A DNA stretch of 61,391 nucleotides, the filler included, from Jimgerdemannia flammicorona (lineage: Eukaryota): assembly GCA_003990765.1 (NCBI GenBank). It is 2 parts of 2 records of this genome, joined end to end, with 100 filler letters (N's around TTAATTAATTAA, not from the genome) between each part and the next. Parts side by side here need not be neighbours in the genome. Positions count along the whole stretch, not along the records: positions 1 to 30,659 come from RBNJ01000432.1; 1 more part is not named here. One strand, 5' to 3'. Under the pieces are notes generated by a model that worked only from the letters and a program-made list of their open reading frames with translations, was not told the DNA's origin and made no database searches. Positions 1 through 12,510 of the stretch are shown here, in pieces. How positions within the stretch are numbered: position 1 is the stretch's first letter; each line of letters starts with the position of its first letter. A program made the translations under genes and the position numbers.

Positions 1-740
1 AAAAAAAAAAAAAAAAAAACTCTTAATTGATAGTTTATATTGCAGGCAAATTTGCTTATAAAAAAAAAACTATCCATAAAATTTTTAATATTTATTTACT
101 AACTTATTTTTTGAAAATTTTTATATATATTTTTTATAAATAAATTTGTCTATATTAGATTACAGATTATCAATTAATAATATATAAATTAATTACTAAA
201 TTTTATATTAATAATATATTAATTATCTATTGAAAATTTGATTTAAATTTTTTATATTAGTAATATATTTCTAAAATTATATTATAATTTTATTAAATTT
301 ATAAAATCTATAATAAAATCTATATTTTTATAAAATATTTATATCTATAATTAAACTATTTAAAAATTTAAAGTAGTTTCTTTTATATTTAATATTTAAA
401 TTAAATATTTATTTATTATTAATATTTGAGTTTTAAATTAAAATTAATTATAATAATTATATTAATTATTAAATATAATTTTAAAGTAATAAATTATTTA
501 AAAGTAATATAAAAATATAATTTGCTTTATTTTTAATCTATTTTATAATAATTTTATATTTATAAACATATTTAATTTAATATTATTAATATAAATAATA
601 TTAAATTTATATATCAGAAGGTTGATAGAAAGAAAGACTAAAAATTCTGATAGTAAAAAAAAAAAAAAAACTATAGTAAAGTTAACTAAAAAGTAATATA
701 AAAGATAGAGAATAAAGTAAAGAAGAGTAAACCGATTTAT
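1..740. other. Extremely AT-rich relic sequence
   Basis: Almost no C or G over ~600 bp; consistent with an end-stage C-to-T decayed repeat; no recognisable coding signal. Confidence 0.5.
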
Positions 741-2192
741 AGTCTTATATCAGAGAGTTTATATTGAAGATAATATAGGAAATCTAAAAGAGAACTGCCA
801 GATAGTAGAGAAATTAAGATTATTTTAATATAAGTTATAAGAAATAATAAAAATACATAAGGAGAAAAGTAAGAAGATATGTATAAAGATAAGATAAAAG
901 AGGAAGCTAAGAAAGAGAAGAGAGAGAGGATGAGAGGGAGATATAACAATCACATGAATATGAGAATTTTCAATCCAGAAGAGCTCAGAAAGAAAAATAG
1001 CTGAGTATAAAATGATATAATTCAGCTATATCATCAATCAGAAGAGTTGACAACTTATTTTATTTTGCACATATATTCGCTACTAACGCGGGAATCTCAC
1101 TCACGAATATTCCCACCATTTATACCTCTGGTTGGCAGTGTTAAAAAAAAAAAAAAAAAAAAAAAAGGTGTATGTAGGTGAGGTACGAAAGTTTGTCTGT
1201 GTACCCTAGAAACTCGTGTTTGTGATCCAATTCGCGTATACTATTGTCATGGGAAACGGAGCTCATGAGACCAAATTCTGTACAACGGAAATGCCCCAAT
1301 TTTGGGAAGCTTTCACACATTGTCGTCGGCCGACTCCATCTTCGAATTCCATCACCTTGAAGTGGGGCGACGTTTGTTGCTGAGCGGTTTATATTTCCTT
1401 ACGCAAAAAAAGAGGCATACGACATGATGCACCCTGACGGATCAAAAAGCTGTTCAAAGTTAAATACTTTTAGTTATATTTGAATATTCCACAGGAATAA
1501 TGGCATACTACCACCTTATGGGATGAACGTATGTTGATATATTTATACCATGGCAATGGGAAAAAAAAAAAAAAAAAAACTCGTAGCACACAGTATCTCT
1601 TCGCACCGTAGGAAGTAGAAATGAGGGTTTCAGCTTTGGCCAGCTTGCTTCCGGGGCCACAATTTGCCATAACCACCAGGGAAGCGGGTCAGGGGTTACT
1701 GCCACCAATGACCATGAAAATTGTTGGACGGCGCAGTGTCCGCCAATGGGTTGCAAATGGTGGCGATAAACATGAAATGGAAAAAGGATGAGCGGGGCCA
1801 GGAACGTGCTTACACATAATGAGGATCGCTAATGGAGACACGGGTTATATATTTATGGCGAAGGGTGTGTTGAATAGGAGAGTGCCCGACTATGAGTGGA
1901 ATTGCTGATGGCAATTGAAGCTGAAGCAGACGGTAGGATAAATCAGCGGTTTACTCTTATTTTATATATTTTATTGATGTGCATAGGATTTTATTTATTT
2001 GTGAGCTATGTGCATGACGCAGATTTTAGTGGAACAATTTCAATATTAACAAAGCATACTAGAATATTGAAAATAATCATTGACCAATACTAAATACAAA
2101 GCCATGATGCAATACTCCACCACAACATGCAAAATCAAACAAGTCAGCAATCGCCGGCTTCGGCCACATTCTCCCGCGCACATACGCTGTTC

Positions 2193-4304
2193 TCATTGGT
2201 AGGTCAACATCAGGTCAAAATATACCTGCGAAGACAGCGAGATAATATTTTGTTAATTTTTGTATTCACGCCCATTCCGCAAATGCCGGGGTCATCCTCC
2301 TCTGGAGGATGCACTCACGTCATACTCCTCTTTTGACATCTGATCTTCTTGGGCCTCAGTGGTCATCTGCAGTGAAATTATCAGGCTGTCGATTGGGAGT
2401 GGAGGACATAGTAGTTGATCAGTGGGAGATGCTCAATTTAGTGCAGAAAAACTCTACAAACTTACCACTTGCGAGCAGCATGTCATCATCGACCAGCTTT
2501 TCCCATCGCCGGCTCCCTGCTCTCTAGCTTTGATCTTGTGACGTTCGCTATACCGATCAAAATGTGAAATTGTTATTCGAAATTTCAGGTGCCCCACAAA
2601 ATTAATAAATCCTTTTTCCCTTCACATCACTACGATCCGACAACCCCCTCCCCCGGCACATACCACATCTCAGCCTGGTAATCAAACATCTGCATAGCGT
2701 CGCAATCTACCTCGCCATCCCAATTGAACACGTTAAAATTTTCCTCTGCGATACCGAGCGTTGCATCGCCATCGGCTTCCGGCTGGTAGTTGGCGTAGTA
2801 TCTCACCAAGCCTGGTCAGGATGTGATGGAGTGGGTGTGAAATGAATGAGTTTGTTTTTCTCGGACGCTATTGTAATTAATACGCATCCATGCGGAGACA
2901 ATGATAAAGTATGATCTCAAAGCAACATCCGAACTATCAATATCAATCGCATCTCCTTTGTCAGTCGTGTCCTGCTCCTCGTTCGCCTTCACCTCCTTCT
3001 CGTTTACGGCATCTCCATCGATCTCCTTGCCGCGACCGATGGCGCTCTTCTGATACCAGATAGGCAGGGTATTCTGCATCCGCTTGCGGTCGGCTTCTTC
3101 CTGCCTGGCCCGAAGCATCGCCACGTCATCTGTCTGCAGGTCCATGCTGATCAAGGGCATGACTTGCCCATAACCGATTGTGTATTGAGAGAGTATGCTG
3201 ATATTACAGGGAGGTTTGTTGGAGGAGCGAGAAGTTGAAAAAAGAATGAACTCTTACTGGGGTCATCGGCGGGTTTTGGCACGTGGTGGGAGCTGCGGTG
3301 GGGCCGGGGCCAGGGAGGGGGCTAGAAGATGGAGATATCGGTTAGCGGCTGATATTGTGAGGTTGTTTGCGTATCACTGAAAGGTGGTACAGAACAACAA
3401 ATGAACAAGCTGCGGTAATGACCATCGTATCAGTCCTCTTCAACAACTCGACAATGGGCCGGGTTTGTTCTTGTATCCTAATCAGCATAGTAGACAACTG
3501 TCGTCAAATGTTGCACGCTACCATGCCAACAAGCACCCTCCTCACCCCTCTCCCAATCTCAAATGCACCTCGCCAGTCGGTCCTTCGTTCTCGGTGATCT
3601 CGATCATTTGCAGCAGCAGAACTCGCCAGCCCGCCCCACGTCAAACGAGAGCACCTCGAGAGAGCCGTAGGTTCGCTTGCAAGTCTCGCAGATGAAACCG
3701 TTGTCCTCGGATTCCTGAGGGTTAGAGATTGGAGTGATGTGCACGTCGTTCGAGGACATTGTGGAACTGAAAGAAAAACAAGACAGCCGGACACAACGAA
3801 AACAACTTACTCTCACACGTACCGTCCTTAGGCTCTGCTTTACCATTTCCTGCATCATGTAGAGCTTTCACTTGACCACGTCAACAAACTGCTTGTAGTC
3901 GATATAGTAGTAAGTTATTGAGATTGCGCGCTGATTGGACGAGAGATGCTCACTGTGTGATTGCAGTTGGTGTGTGTGGTGATTTTGGAGAATAGTTTAG
4001 AAAGATGAGGGATGTGGGAGGGATGGAAGAGTTTTATTCATCAACTCCTTACGATTTTATCAGCCGGTCTTGCATAAGCTTGCCACAAATTTTGTGAACC
4101 TCTCGGACGGACACATTGAGGAATTGGGAAAGTTTCTTGTCGGTCATACTGCATTGCAGAAGTAATCATTGCTTTAGATACGAGAACCTGGTAATAAATA
4201 CCCCGGATCATTGGGTTCGATTTTGTTGAGAGTGTCGAGGACGATGGTATACTGGTGGTCATAGAACGGGCAACGCGGCCCACAAGTATTTTTAGGACGT
4301 CCAT
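2193..4304 (-). pseudogene. TFA1: Transcription initiation factor TFIIE alpha subunit, multi-exon, disrupted
   Basis: Manual splicing gives MDVLKILVGRVAR/FYDHQYTIVLDTL, VHKICGKLMQDRLI, YYYIDYKQFVDVVK*KL, zinc ribbon GFICETCKRTY...GEFC, EQTRPIVELLKRTD, KRMQNTLPIWYQKS and acidic tail QMSKEEYDVYFDL, in TFIIE-alpha order with GT-AG introns. Lesions: frameshift ~4262-4268, TGA at the conserved Trp (3868-3870), stop/frameshift at ~3604. Confidence 0.85.
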
Positions 4305-4848
4305 GGCAAGGAAAGAGTCGGTGAAAATAAGGCGAGAAGAGAAGACTGTTTTTTTTATCGTCGCATGCGTTACGTGATTTTACGGAATATTCAGCAGGAT
4401 AAAATAATATTTGCAAACTTGTCATAATGTAGTACTACAAATTACTTTTTGTTATATTACTACATATGGGGACGTGAGCGAATAGTTTAAGCAGCTAATA
4501 TTGAGCTTATTTTATTTTTATTTTACCACATTCTTTTAGCAAGAGAAACTGTTGCACAAGTCTAAAAGGCAAAGTTCCGACAGAAAAGCCGCTCATTCTC
4601 ACCACACAAAGAGAGTCCTTGGTATTACGTAAAAAACACGTTAAAGCCAACAATACTGATACTTTGAATAGCATGACAGATTATGTACTAAATGCCCACA
4701 CATTGTGCGGCATATTGTGGGTTTCGGGTCGACGGGCATGATATCAGACACTATGAAGGAATATGTTTAAGATTTTTTTCCCTCTGTATCAAATTCATAT
4801 TATATGTTAATGTCATTTTGCTTGTCTATGAAAGGCATATGTATACAT

Positions 4849-6441
4849 TGTCACATAGTGGGCGCTGAGTTCTCCAAGTATGTCAGATTCTCTTCAAGGT
4901 GTATCTCTTAGACCAACTACAAGTTTCTTATAAGCTAGTTCTATTGGAGTGCCTTCCCAAGGTCTTATAGTCCTCAAACTTCTTATCTTTAAACTGTTCT
5001 GTTGTCTCTTGGATTTACTTGCATGGAATTGAGTAGAGGACTGGAACTTTTGTGCTTCTGAGTGGTTGGGTACTTGAATGCTTGAGTATTTTTAATACTG
5101 ACTTTATTTCAAAGGAAATGAGAGGAACATTTATACAGAATGTAATTCAATAATTGCTAAGATATAAAGTTAAATATAAAATCCAATAACCAAATAAGAC
5201 ATTTGAACATAGAAAACTTCAGTTGTAAGTACAAATTCAAGTGCTCATACAATTGATTGTATAAGATCAGAATGCTGGAATAATTTCTGACAGTTGCATG
5301 AAGTCAGAATGCCAGAATATTCAAGTGTTCAAATAAATAGTTACACAAACAAATTAGAGTAGAATGTTCAGAATTCTGGGGGCTTCCTCTTCATCACTGT
5401 CATCAAGACTGGAGGTCAGGGACAGGATGTCTTTGAAGAAAATGAGGTCAGCAGATATTTCTATAAGAGTTTTATTCATTTTGTATGTGTCAGTTAGCAA
5501 GGTGATGTCATCACTGATTTGGTGGTAGTGGCAAGAAGATCAGGCGCTCTCTAATCTATGATGTTTTCCTCTACAAAGTAGGGGACAAATGTGGGATCTT
5601 GAGAGGGTCTGATCTGGATACTGGGGCCTTGGAATACTGAGATCAATTTTTCTAGAAATTGATCTGGATTGTTCTGAAGGATAGAATTCTAGAACTCTTC
5701 CACCTTATCACTTTTGAGAGTAATAGTGGATTGGGCTTCTGTGGCCATCATGGCTTTCAGTACATCTATGTAGTAGGCTGACAATTCCTTAAAGTCTGAG
5801 ACTCTGGTATACTCCAGGTTGGGGATTGACTAAGGTATATATCTAAAGACTTGATGGATCTTTTTGGCTACCCTCAATTTATATGCATCTATAGAAGTGA
5901 TATCTTGTATTTCTTGAAGACTGGCCTGAGGGAATTCCAGACAGAGGAGATTTCCTATTTCATATTCCTGCCACATCCAGAGATATTTGGTGGCAGTAGT
6001 AATCCTTGTCTCTATTTCATAACAGTAGAGAGTAAAGTGATAAGGGTCACTAATACTCAGGTTGAGGCTAGAAATCCTTCTGGTATATCTTTATGGCTCT
6101 TCTGATATCTTGGAACATCCTTTCTTAGACTGAGAAGCCTTAGTGATTCCTGGATCTTGAGGTTTGGCAAGTAGTAGGCATTTTATTTATAGTGAGTCTT
6201 TCAAACTATTTCAGAATTTTGTGAGTCTTATTTGAGTTACTGCTACTACAGTTTCTTAGTCCTTCTTTTATATTTCTTGAGATGTCTATTTTATAGTCAT
6301 CATGACTTATAGTTTGTTATCATTGCTTATCTTGTAGCCTATGTAAGTTATGCCATATAATCTTCTTATACTCTGATCTGGTGACTTATAAGAAAAGGCT
6401 ATCTCCTGTAATGATGTTACTATTCTGAGATCACCATTACA
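4849..6441 (-). mobile_element. Decayed long LTR-like relic containing an accessory ORF
   Basis: Minus strand: purine tract GAAGGAAGA directly followed by TGTAATGG at 6441 (same arrangement as the Gypsy PPT/LTR junction at 45137); TATAAAT...AATAAAG module at ~5100-5140 arranged as in the Gypsy LTR; probable TGTGACA end at ~4849. Confidence 0.5.
5354..6181 (-). pseudogene. Decayed homolog of the Gypsy accessory ORF at 45149-45979
   Basis: Translation across stops and frameshifts: MPTTCQTS...WQEYE/IGNLL...DAYKLRVAKKIHQVFRYIP*SIPNLEY...EAQSTITLKS...ILQNNPDQFLEKLISVFQGPSIQ...ADLIFF, colinear with the 45149-45979 protein. Confidence 0.8.
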
Positions 6442-7060
6442 TCTTCCTTCTGAATAAGAATCTTTCCTTGAATGTTCTTATTCATTGATCTAGTTTAAAA
6501 ATTTTCTGATCCTATAACCTCTGGCAGGGGGTCAAAAAGTAGTATTTATGGGCTGGTATATTCCTTATATCAAAGAGCTCAAATTCATAATTGCTGCTAG
6601 AAAAGACAGAACTCATCAGCTGATACAGCCAGTACTATATCTATGAAATGAACAATTATGCTATTTAGCAAGAAATTCAATTTATACCAATTGCTGAAAT
6701 ATTTTTATTTTATTTTACTATAGGAAATATCCTTTATCATAATATAACCAATAGAAAAATATAAAACAGATTTATTTGTAGTATCTGCTCTTCTAAGATA
6801 AATAGATCAGATTGATTCAATATTCAGCAAAATGTATTATGACTACTAAGAGTCTACATTACAAGGATTTGATGATAGTAGTTATTAAAAGACAAAATAA
6901 ACAGAAGAGAAGGATCCAGAAGTAAGGAACTAAAACATATATAGCAAAATAGGCTAGAGTGACTAAAAGAGTAAAAGATGGCAGAATAAACTCAAAAACA
7001 AAACAAGATGATAAATATACTAGAAGAAAGGATATTAATGGTGAGATATTTACATTTTGT

Positions 7061-7621
7061 TACAATGTAGATCAAGTTGGGAGATTTGTACAGATACTAG
7101 AACATTGGCTGAGAGAGTGTAAGGTTCTGGGGGACTTTTGGATAGTAGTAGAGGACTGGCTGGAGGTGATGAGGAGACCAGATGGAGAGAGAGATCATTG
7201 GGAAGATTTGAGGAATAGGTTGGTGGGAGGTGTGGGCAATGAATGGCTCACTGTAGGGTGGGTTTTAGCTGTATGAGTAGGGCTGGCTGGACATTGGCTC
7301 TTTGTTTTTGAGGAGGGGTAATAGATGGGATTGCAGGAGAGGTTGCTGAGATGGGAGGGGTTGTTGGGAGATATATTGACAGAGTAATGGGTTGGATAGG
7401 GCCCCCAGGGTAGATGTCGGTACCAACTGGTAGAAGAGATCTGTGAATAAAGTAGTGGGTGGGTAGAGATAGTTAATGGCCTAATAGTCTTTAATCAAGT
7501 AGGTGTGAGAGAGGGGGGTCCCTCTAGGGAGATCAGTTAGAGGTGGGCTCAGTATATTATATATGAGATAAATGAGTGTATTAATAAAGAAAGGAGTCCA
7601 AGAGACTATATAAAAAAAAAA
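7061..7621 (+). mobile_element. 5'-truncated LINE (3' end of ORF2 plus poly-A) with 18-bp TSD
   Basis: GAGATATTTACATTTTGT at 7043-7060 and 7622-7639; body matches the LINE at ~60960-61391; ends AATAAAG..GAGTCCAAGAGACTAT(A)n. Confidence 0.9.
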
Positions 7622-7735
7622 GAGATATTTACATTTTGTAATAATGTTCAATTTTAATATTTCATCAAAATTAATATAGTAATTAATTATTATGTATCAC
7701 ACATAGGTTGAATATCATCCAGATATATAAATTCA

Positions 7736-7880
7736 GTGATCAAAGGTATCTGTTCATCTAGAGATGAAAGCGAAATAATGATACAATATGATGCTTATAA
7801 TTTATGGCTACATCTTGACTGTATTAATGAAATAAAAGATTCTCTAGATAAATTATATTACTGCCCTATATACAGTAGTG
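7736..7880 (+). pseudogene. PHD-finger relic
   Basis: IC-SSRDESEIMIQYDAYNLWLHLDCI...YYCPIY fits C4HC3 PHD spacing if Tyr codons derive from Cys by TGT>TAT. Confidence 0.55.
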
Positions 7881-7899
7881 TTAATAGTTATATATCTAA

Positions 7900-10100
7900 C
7901 AGAGTTTGTATATCTTCATCTGCAATCTCTCTTTATATAGTTGAGAAAGAGAGGGACCACCCTATTGCCAAAGAGCTAACTGATATCTCATCAGAGTTTA
8001 AAATATCAGTCTTTAATACTAATCCTTATATAGTATCTCAACCTTCATCTCTATCAATATTAGCAATTCAGTTTTCTGATTTTGTACATATAGATGAGAT
8101 TTCATCTTTAGTCTTAATGTCACTATATTCTTCTATATCATATTCTTTCTTTAATAAAACCTATAATTTACTTACATATTAGTCCTCTTTAACTGATAAT
8201 CAGTATATTTTAAAAGATATAGAATCTACTCAATTATTAGATATTCTACCAGATAATTTGAATGATATAGATATTAATACCTTATTTGATATTGATGAAT
8301 ATATTTGTTAATTAGCTACCATATAATGTATTTATACAAATACTGAAATTATATTTATTAAATCAAATATTTGTTAATGAAAATTTATATTTATTGATTT
8401 GAGTAGAATGTGCTTTTATTTATCAAGATCCATAAGGTAGATCCAAATAACATAACTATAAAATATAGTCAAGAGTCATGTATATAAGTCATATTATCAA
8501 GATTGAATTTCTATATATTATATAGAAAGTAATCTCTAGATTTCTGAAATTTGGTTAGCTCAAAATATCATCTGCCAATGAGATCTGATCAGCTCATTAT
8601 ATTTTGAATATTTGTCTTATAAAATGACTTTTTGGTAGTTAATCTCTTTGTAATCTTTTAGTAATTACATATATATCATCTTCATCAATATTGACAATTC
8701 AGTCTTCAGATTACTTATATATAGATGAGATTTCATCTTTAGTCTTAATGTTGCCATATTCTCCTATATCATATCCTTTCTTTGATGAAACTTATAATTC
8801 ACTCACATATTAGCCTTTAACTGATAATTAGTATATTTTAAAAGATATAAAATCTACCCAATTATTAGATATTCCATTATATAATTTGAATGATATACCT
8901 TATTTGATATTGATAAATATATTCTTTAATTAGCTGCCCTATGATATATTTATAGAAATACTGAAATTATATTTATTAAATAAAATATTTATTAATGGAA
9001 TTTTATATTTATTGATTTAAGTAGAATATACTTTTATTTGTTAAGATCAATAAGGTAGATCCAAATGATATAACGATAAAATATTATCAAGGGTTATATA
9101 TATAAGCCACATTATTGAAATATAAAAAGTATAAATTATATAGAAAGTAATCTCTAGATTTCTGAAATTTGGTTAGCTTAAAATACTATCTATCAATGTG
9201 ATTTAATTAGTTTATTATTATATTTTGAATTTTTGCTTTATAAAATAGCTTTTTAATAGTTAATATCTTTGCAATCAGTTAGCAATTATATATTTGAGCT
9301 TTGTAGTATTATGTATTAGGTATCTATTCATGTAGAAAAAAAAATTATAATCAAATATTATCTCTTCTCTTATATTTTCATCTGCAATTCCACTTTATAT
9401 AGTTGAGGAAGAGAAGGATTATACTATTGCTGAAGAGCTGACTAATATCTTATAAGAGCAGCAATATATGCATGAGACTTCAGTCTCTAATACTACTGAT
9501 CTGTATGATATTACCATCTTTATCTCTATTAATATTTGCAATTTAATCTTCAGATTATTTGCATATAGATGAGATTTATCTTCAGTCTTAATGTTATCAC
9601 ATTCTCCTATATCATATCCTGTCTTTGATGAAACTTATAATTCTCTCACATATTGGTCTTTGATTGATGATTAGTATATATTAAGAGATATAGAATCTAA
9701 TCAATTATCAACAACTGACATCCTACTAGATAATTTGAATAATATAAATATGTATTACTACCTTATTTGATATTGATAGATACATTCTTTAATTAGCCAT
9801 CCTATAACTTATTTATTAATAGAAAATTATTCTACAATAGACTGACTGAGAATTTGGTTATTCAAGTAAATATATTTTACTCTATAATCCTAAACAAATA
9901 TTTATATCTTTTATTATTAACAGCTATAATATAGTATTATAGATACATATTGGATATATTGTGTTGCAGAATTACTATAAAAGGACTGATTGTTTAATTG
10001 ATTTGAGTAGAGCATGCTTTTATATGTCAAGATCAGTGATGTAGACCCGAATGATACATCCAAGAGATGATGTTGAGGGTCACGTGTACAAGCCACATTG
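7900..10100. repeat. Three diverged tandem units (~0.6-1 kb)
   Basis: Marker TAGATGAGATTT(C)ATCTT.AGTCTTAATG at ~8091, ~8720, ~9565; marker ATTGATTT.AGTAGA...AAGATC at ~8393, ~9011, ~9997. Confidence 0.8.
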
Positions 10101-10201
10101 AAGGTCAGTCAGCTATGTAATTTTTCATAAACAGTCACAAAATTGCACAGTCATTATAAACATTCGACATGGTATATGCCTCTTCTATATAATTCTCTAC
10201 A

Positions 10202-11125
10202 ATGTCGAACCACAGCCAGAACAACAGCTTGAACAACTCTCCAAGCCTCTTGGAAAAGTCCGCCGTCAAGCCTCCCGCCATTTGTATGCCATCAGCCTTA
10301 TTATTCCTCTTCTATCCTAAGAGTAGCAAAGCCTAGGGCTAAATGCCCTCTTTTCTTTAGGTCAGAACGGCGACCTGAGCAGCAACCTGGACGACCTGAA
10401 CGATATACCAAGTAGGCGCTTGGAAGAACCCACCACTAAGCCGCCTGCTACTTGTATGCTGTTAGCTTTTTTTTCCTTTTCTATCCTAGGAGTAGCAAAG
10501 CCTAGTGCTAAATGCCCTCTTTTCTTTAGGTCCTTACATTCTGGGAAGCGATGAAGATAAAATCAATCGCTATTTCGCCAAATGTGAGCAGGTCGTTTAT
10601 CGCCACGTATTCAAATTTCACCGGATAGTGCTAAGTTATTCTATGTTCTTCAATTAGTCTATAATATCTCCAAAGAAGCTGCTGCACTCAAATTTCCTAT
10701 AGTTCGCCACATTCCTGGAAGCGACGACGATCCCATGGTGAAACACAACCATTTGATAGCCAAAGGTGAGCAGATCGTTTGTGTCGCCAAGTGTTCAAAT
10801 TTTGCCAGATAGTACTAAGTTATTCTATGTTCGTCAATCAGTCTACAATATCTCTAAAGAAGCCGCAGCCAACATATATCATAGTTGGCCAGAGGATATT
10901 TACCCAGACGGCATTCTTTACCAGATCGTCGAGCTTATCTACGACATCACGAACCTTATCTACTACATCGTCGCCTTTATCTACGACATCGCCGATCGTC
11001 TGCTTTTTGCGATGTATGTTACTTCGCCTTCTCTGACATGTCTTTCATACAGAAACCAGGAAGTTGATTCATCATATCTTTCTATCTTTGACCATTCAAG
11101 GGATGCGCAGCATTTCTCTGACTAG
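10202..11125 (+). CDS. Hypothetical protein, 6 exons, internal exon-intron duplications and heptad repeat
   Basis: Exons 10202-10283, 10361-10453, 10530-10583, 10658-10765, 10842-11013, 11053-11125 join in frame via GT-AG introns; CpG retained. The last 39-bp intron is frame-neutral, so the 3' end is uncertain (alternative ORF 11064-11393). Confidence 0.6.
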
Positions 11126-11739
11126 TCGGGCACTTCAGGTCATCAATGATGCCAACGAAGTCTACTATTCCTTGATAATGAAAGGAATCATGGAGATCGG
11201 GGCAGTGGACTCTGAGATTTTGTATATGGTGACACCCGTTTTTAGCAATGGCAATTGGGAATATAAGGCGTTCGACCAAAGATCATATCATACATATAAC
11301 TATGTAGGTGACAGGCGGGTGAACATGTACATGCATTTTTCGTACCGTTTCATGAACTGGTATCTGGTGGTGAGTGACATCGTTGTTGCGTAGCTTTGCC
11401 AAGTAACGAATAAAGATTGTGTTGTATATGTGATCAAGTGTCGTCAAACAAAACTTGATTCCAATTTTCCTGCTGGTGTCGTTTGAATGTTACGTTTGCG
11501 TCTTTGTATTCTTCTTCCCCATTCACCCTCCTAAAATCCCCAAGACCGCCATTCAACCACAGTTCGTGGACCTCAGCCAAACCAGTATCATACTGTTTTC
11601 TCACTCGATTGGAAAGTCATTATATCCAACAAACTAATGTCACTGAACACAACATTTATTTATGCAAAAGAGCCTTGCATCTTGGGTGTAAATCCATGGT
11701 TAAGAGACCACTTGTATTCACACGTCACCATGATTTTAG

Positions 11740-12510
11740 CCCACCCTCAATTGTGCATTAATTATCTCTCCACATAGTTACAGAGCTATATTTTGCTAGA
11801 TATATATGATATCTGAAGGAATAATGCTGGCCAGGTGACAGCTCCGGACTAAATCAAAAAAGCCTGAGCCTTTGTCCCACCCTCAACAAACCACCCGGAA
11901 AATGTTAAGGGTGGAAATTTGGTTAATCTCCAATCTGTTCGTAATTGCTAGATATATAGAAAGCCTCATAAATCGAAGACTGAGCTAGTGACCCACCCTC
12001 AAAATTTTGTTGAGGATGGGAGAACAAATGTTGAGGGTGGGTCACTACTCGGAATGATAGATTCAATGGGTGCGCCCCAAATTTTGCACTATTGCGTCTG
12101 GTATTACCTGATTTAATGCCCAATCTGGTGTCACTCTCAAGGCCAGAGTGCAATTGATAGTGCAATTTCGCAAGGCCAGATCTGGTATTACCCTGGAAGG
12201 CTAGATAGAGGCTGCAATTTCTGAAGCCGGATGTAGTGTTATCCCAAAGGCCACAGTGTGAAATTATGATCACAATGGTATCAATAATCAGTCTATTTTT
12301 CTATATTATGTTTTTTTGAGGCCCCAGGCTATTTATGTTGACAGGGCATATTTCCTACCCTCAACAAAAAAGCCTTGTTAGGGGATTATATTGGATGGTG
12401 GACAGAAATTTGAAATGTTATAATATCAAATAGATCAAATTTCAATTTGTTAAAAGTGGGAAGAAATTAGTAACACAATCTCACTGACAAATATGTGTTA
12501 AGGGTGAGCA
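11740..12510. repeat. Cluster of direct and inverted CACCCTCAA motifs plus short tandem repeats (probable DNA-transposon subterminal region)
   Basis: CCACCCTCAA and its inverse TTGAGGGTGG recur at ~11741, 11878, 11905, 11993, 12010, 12030, 12356, 12498; TCTGGT.TTACC...AAGGCCAGA repeats at 12097-12255. Confidence 0.5.

Noticed and set aside
3868..3870. Stop-codon recoding or A-to-I correction of TFA1
   Set aside because: Additional frameshifts at ~4265 and ~3604 cannot be fixed by editing; pseudogene or sequence error is simpler.
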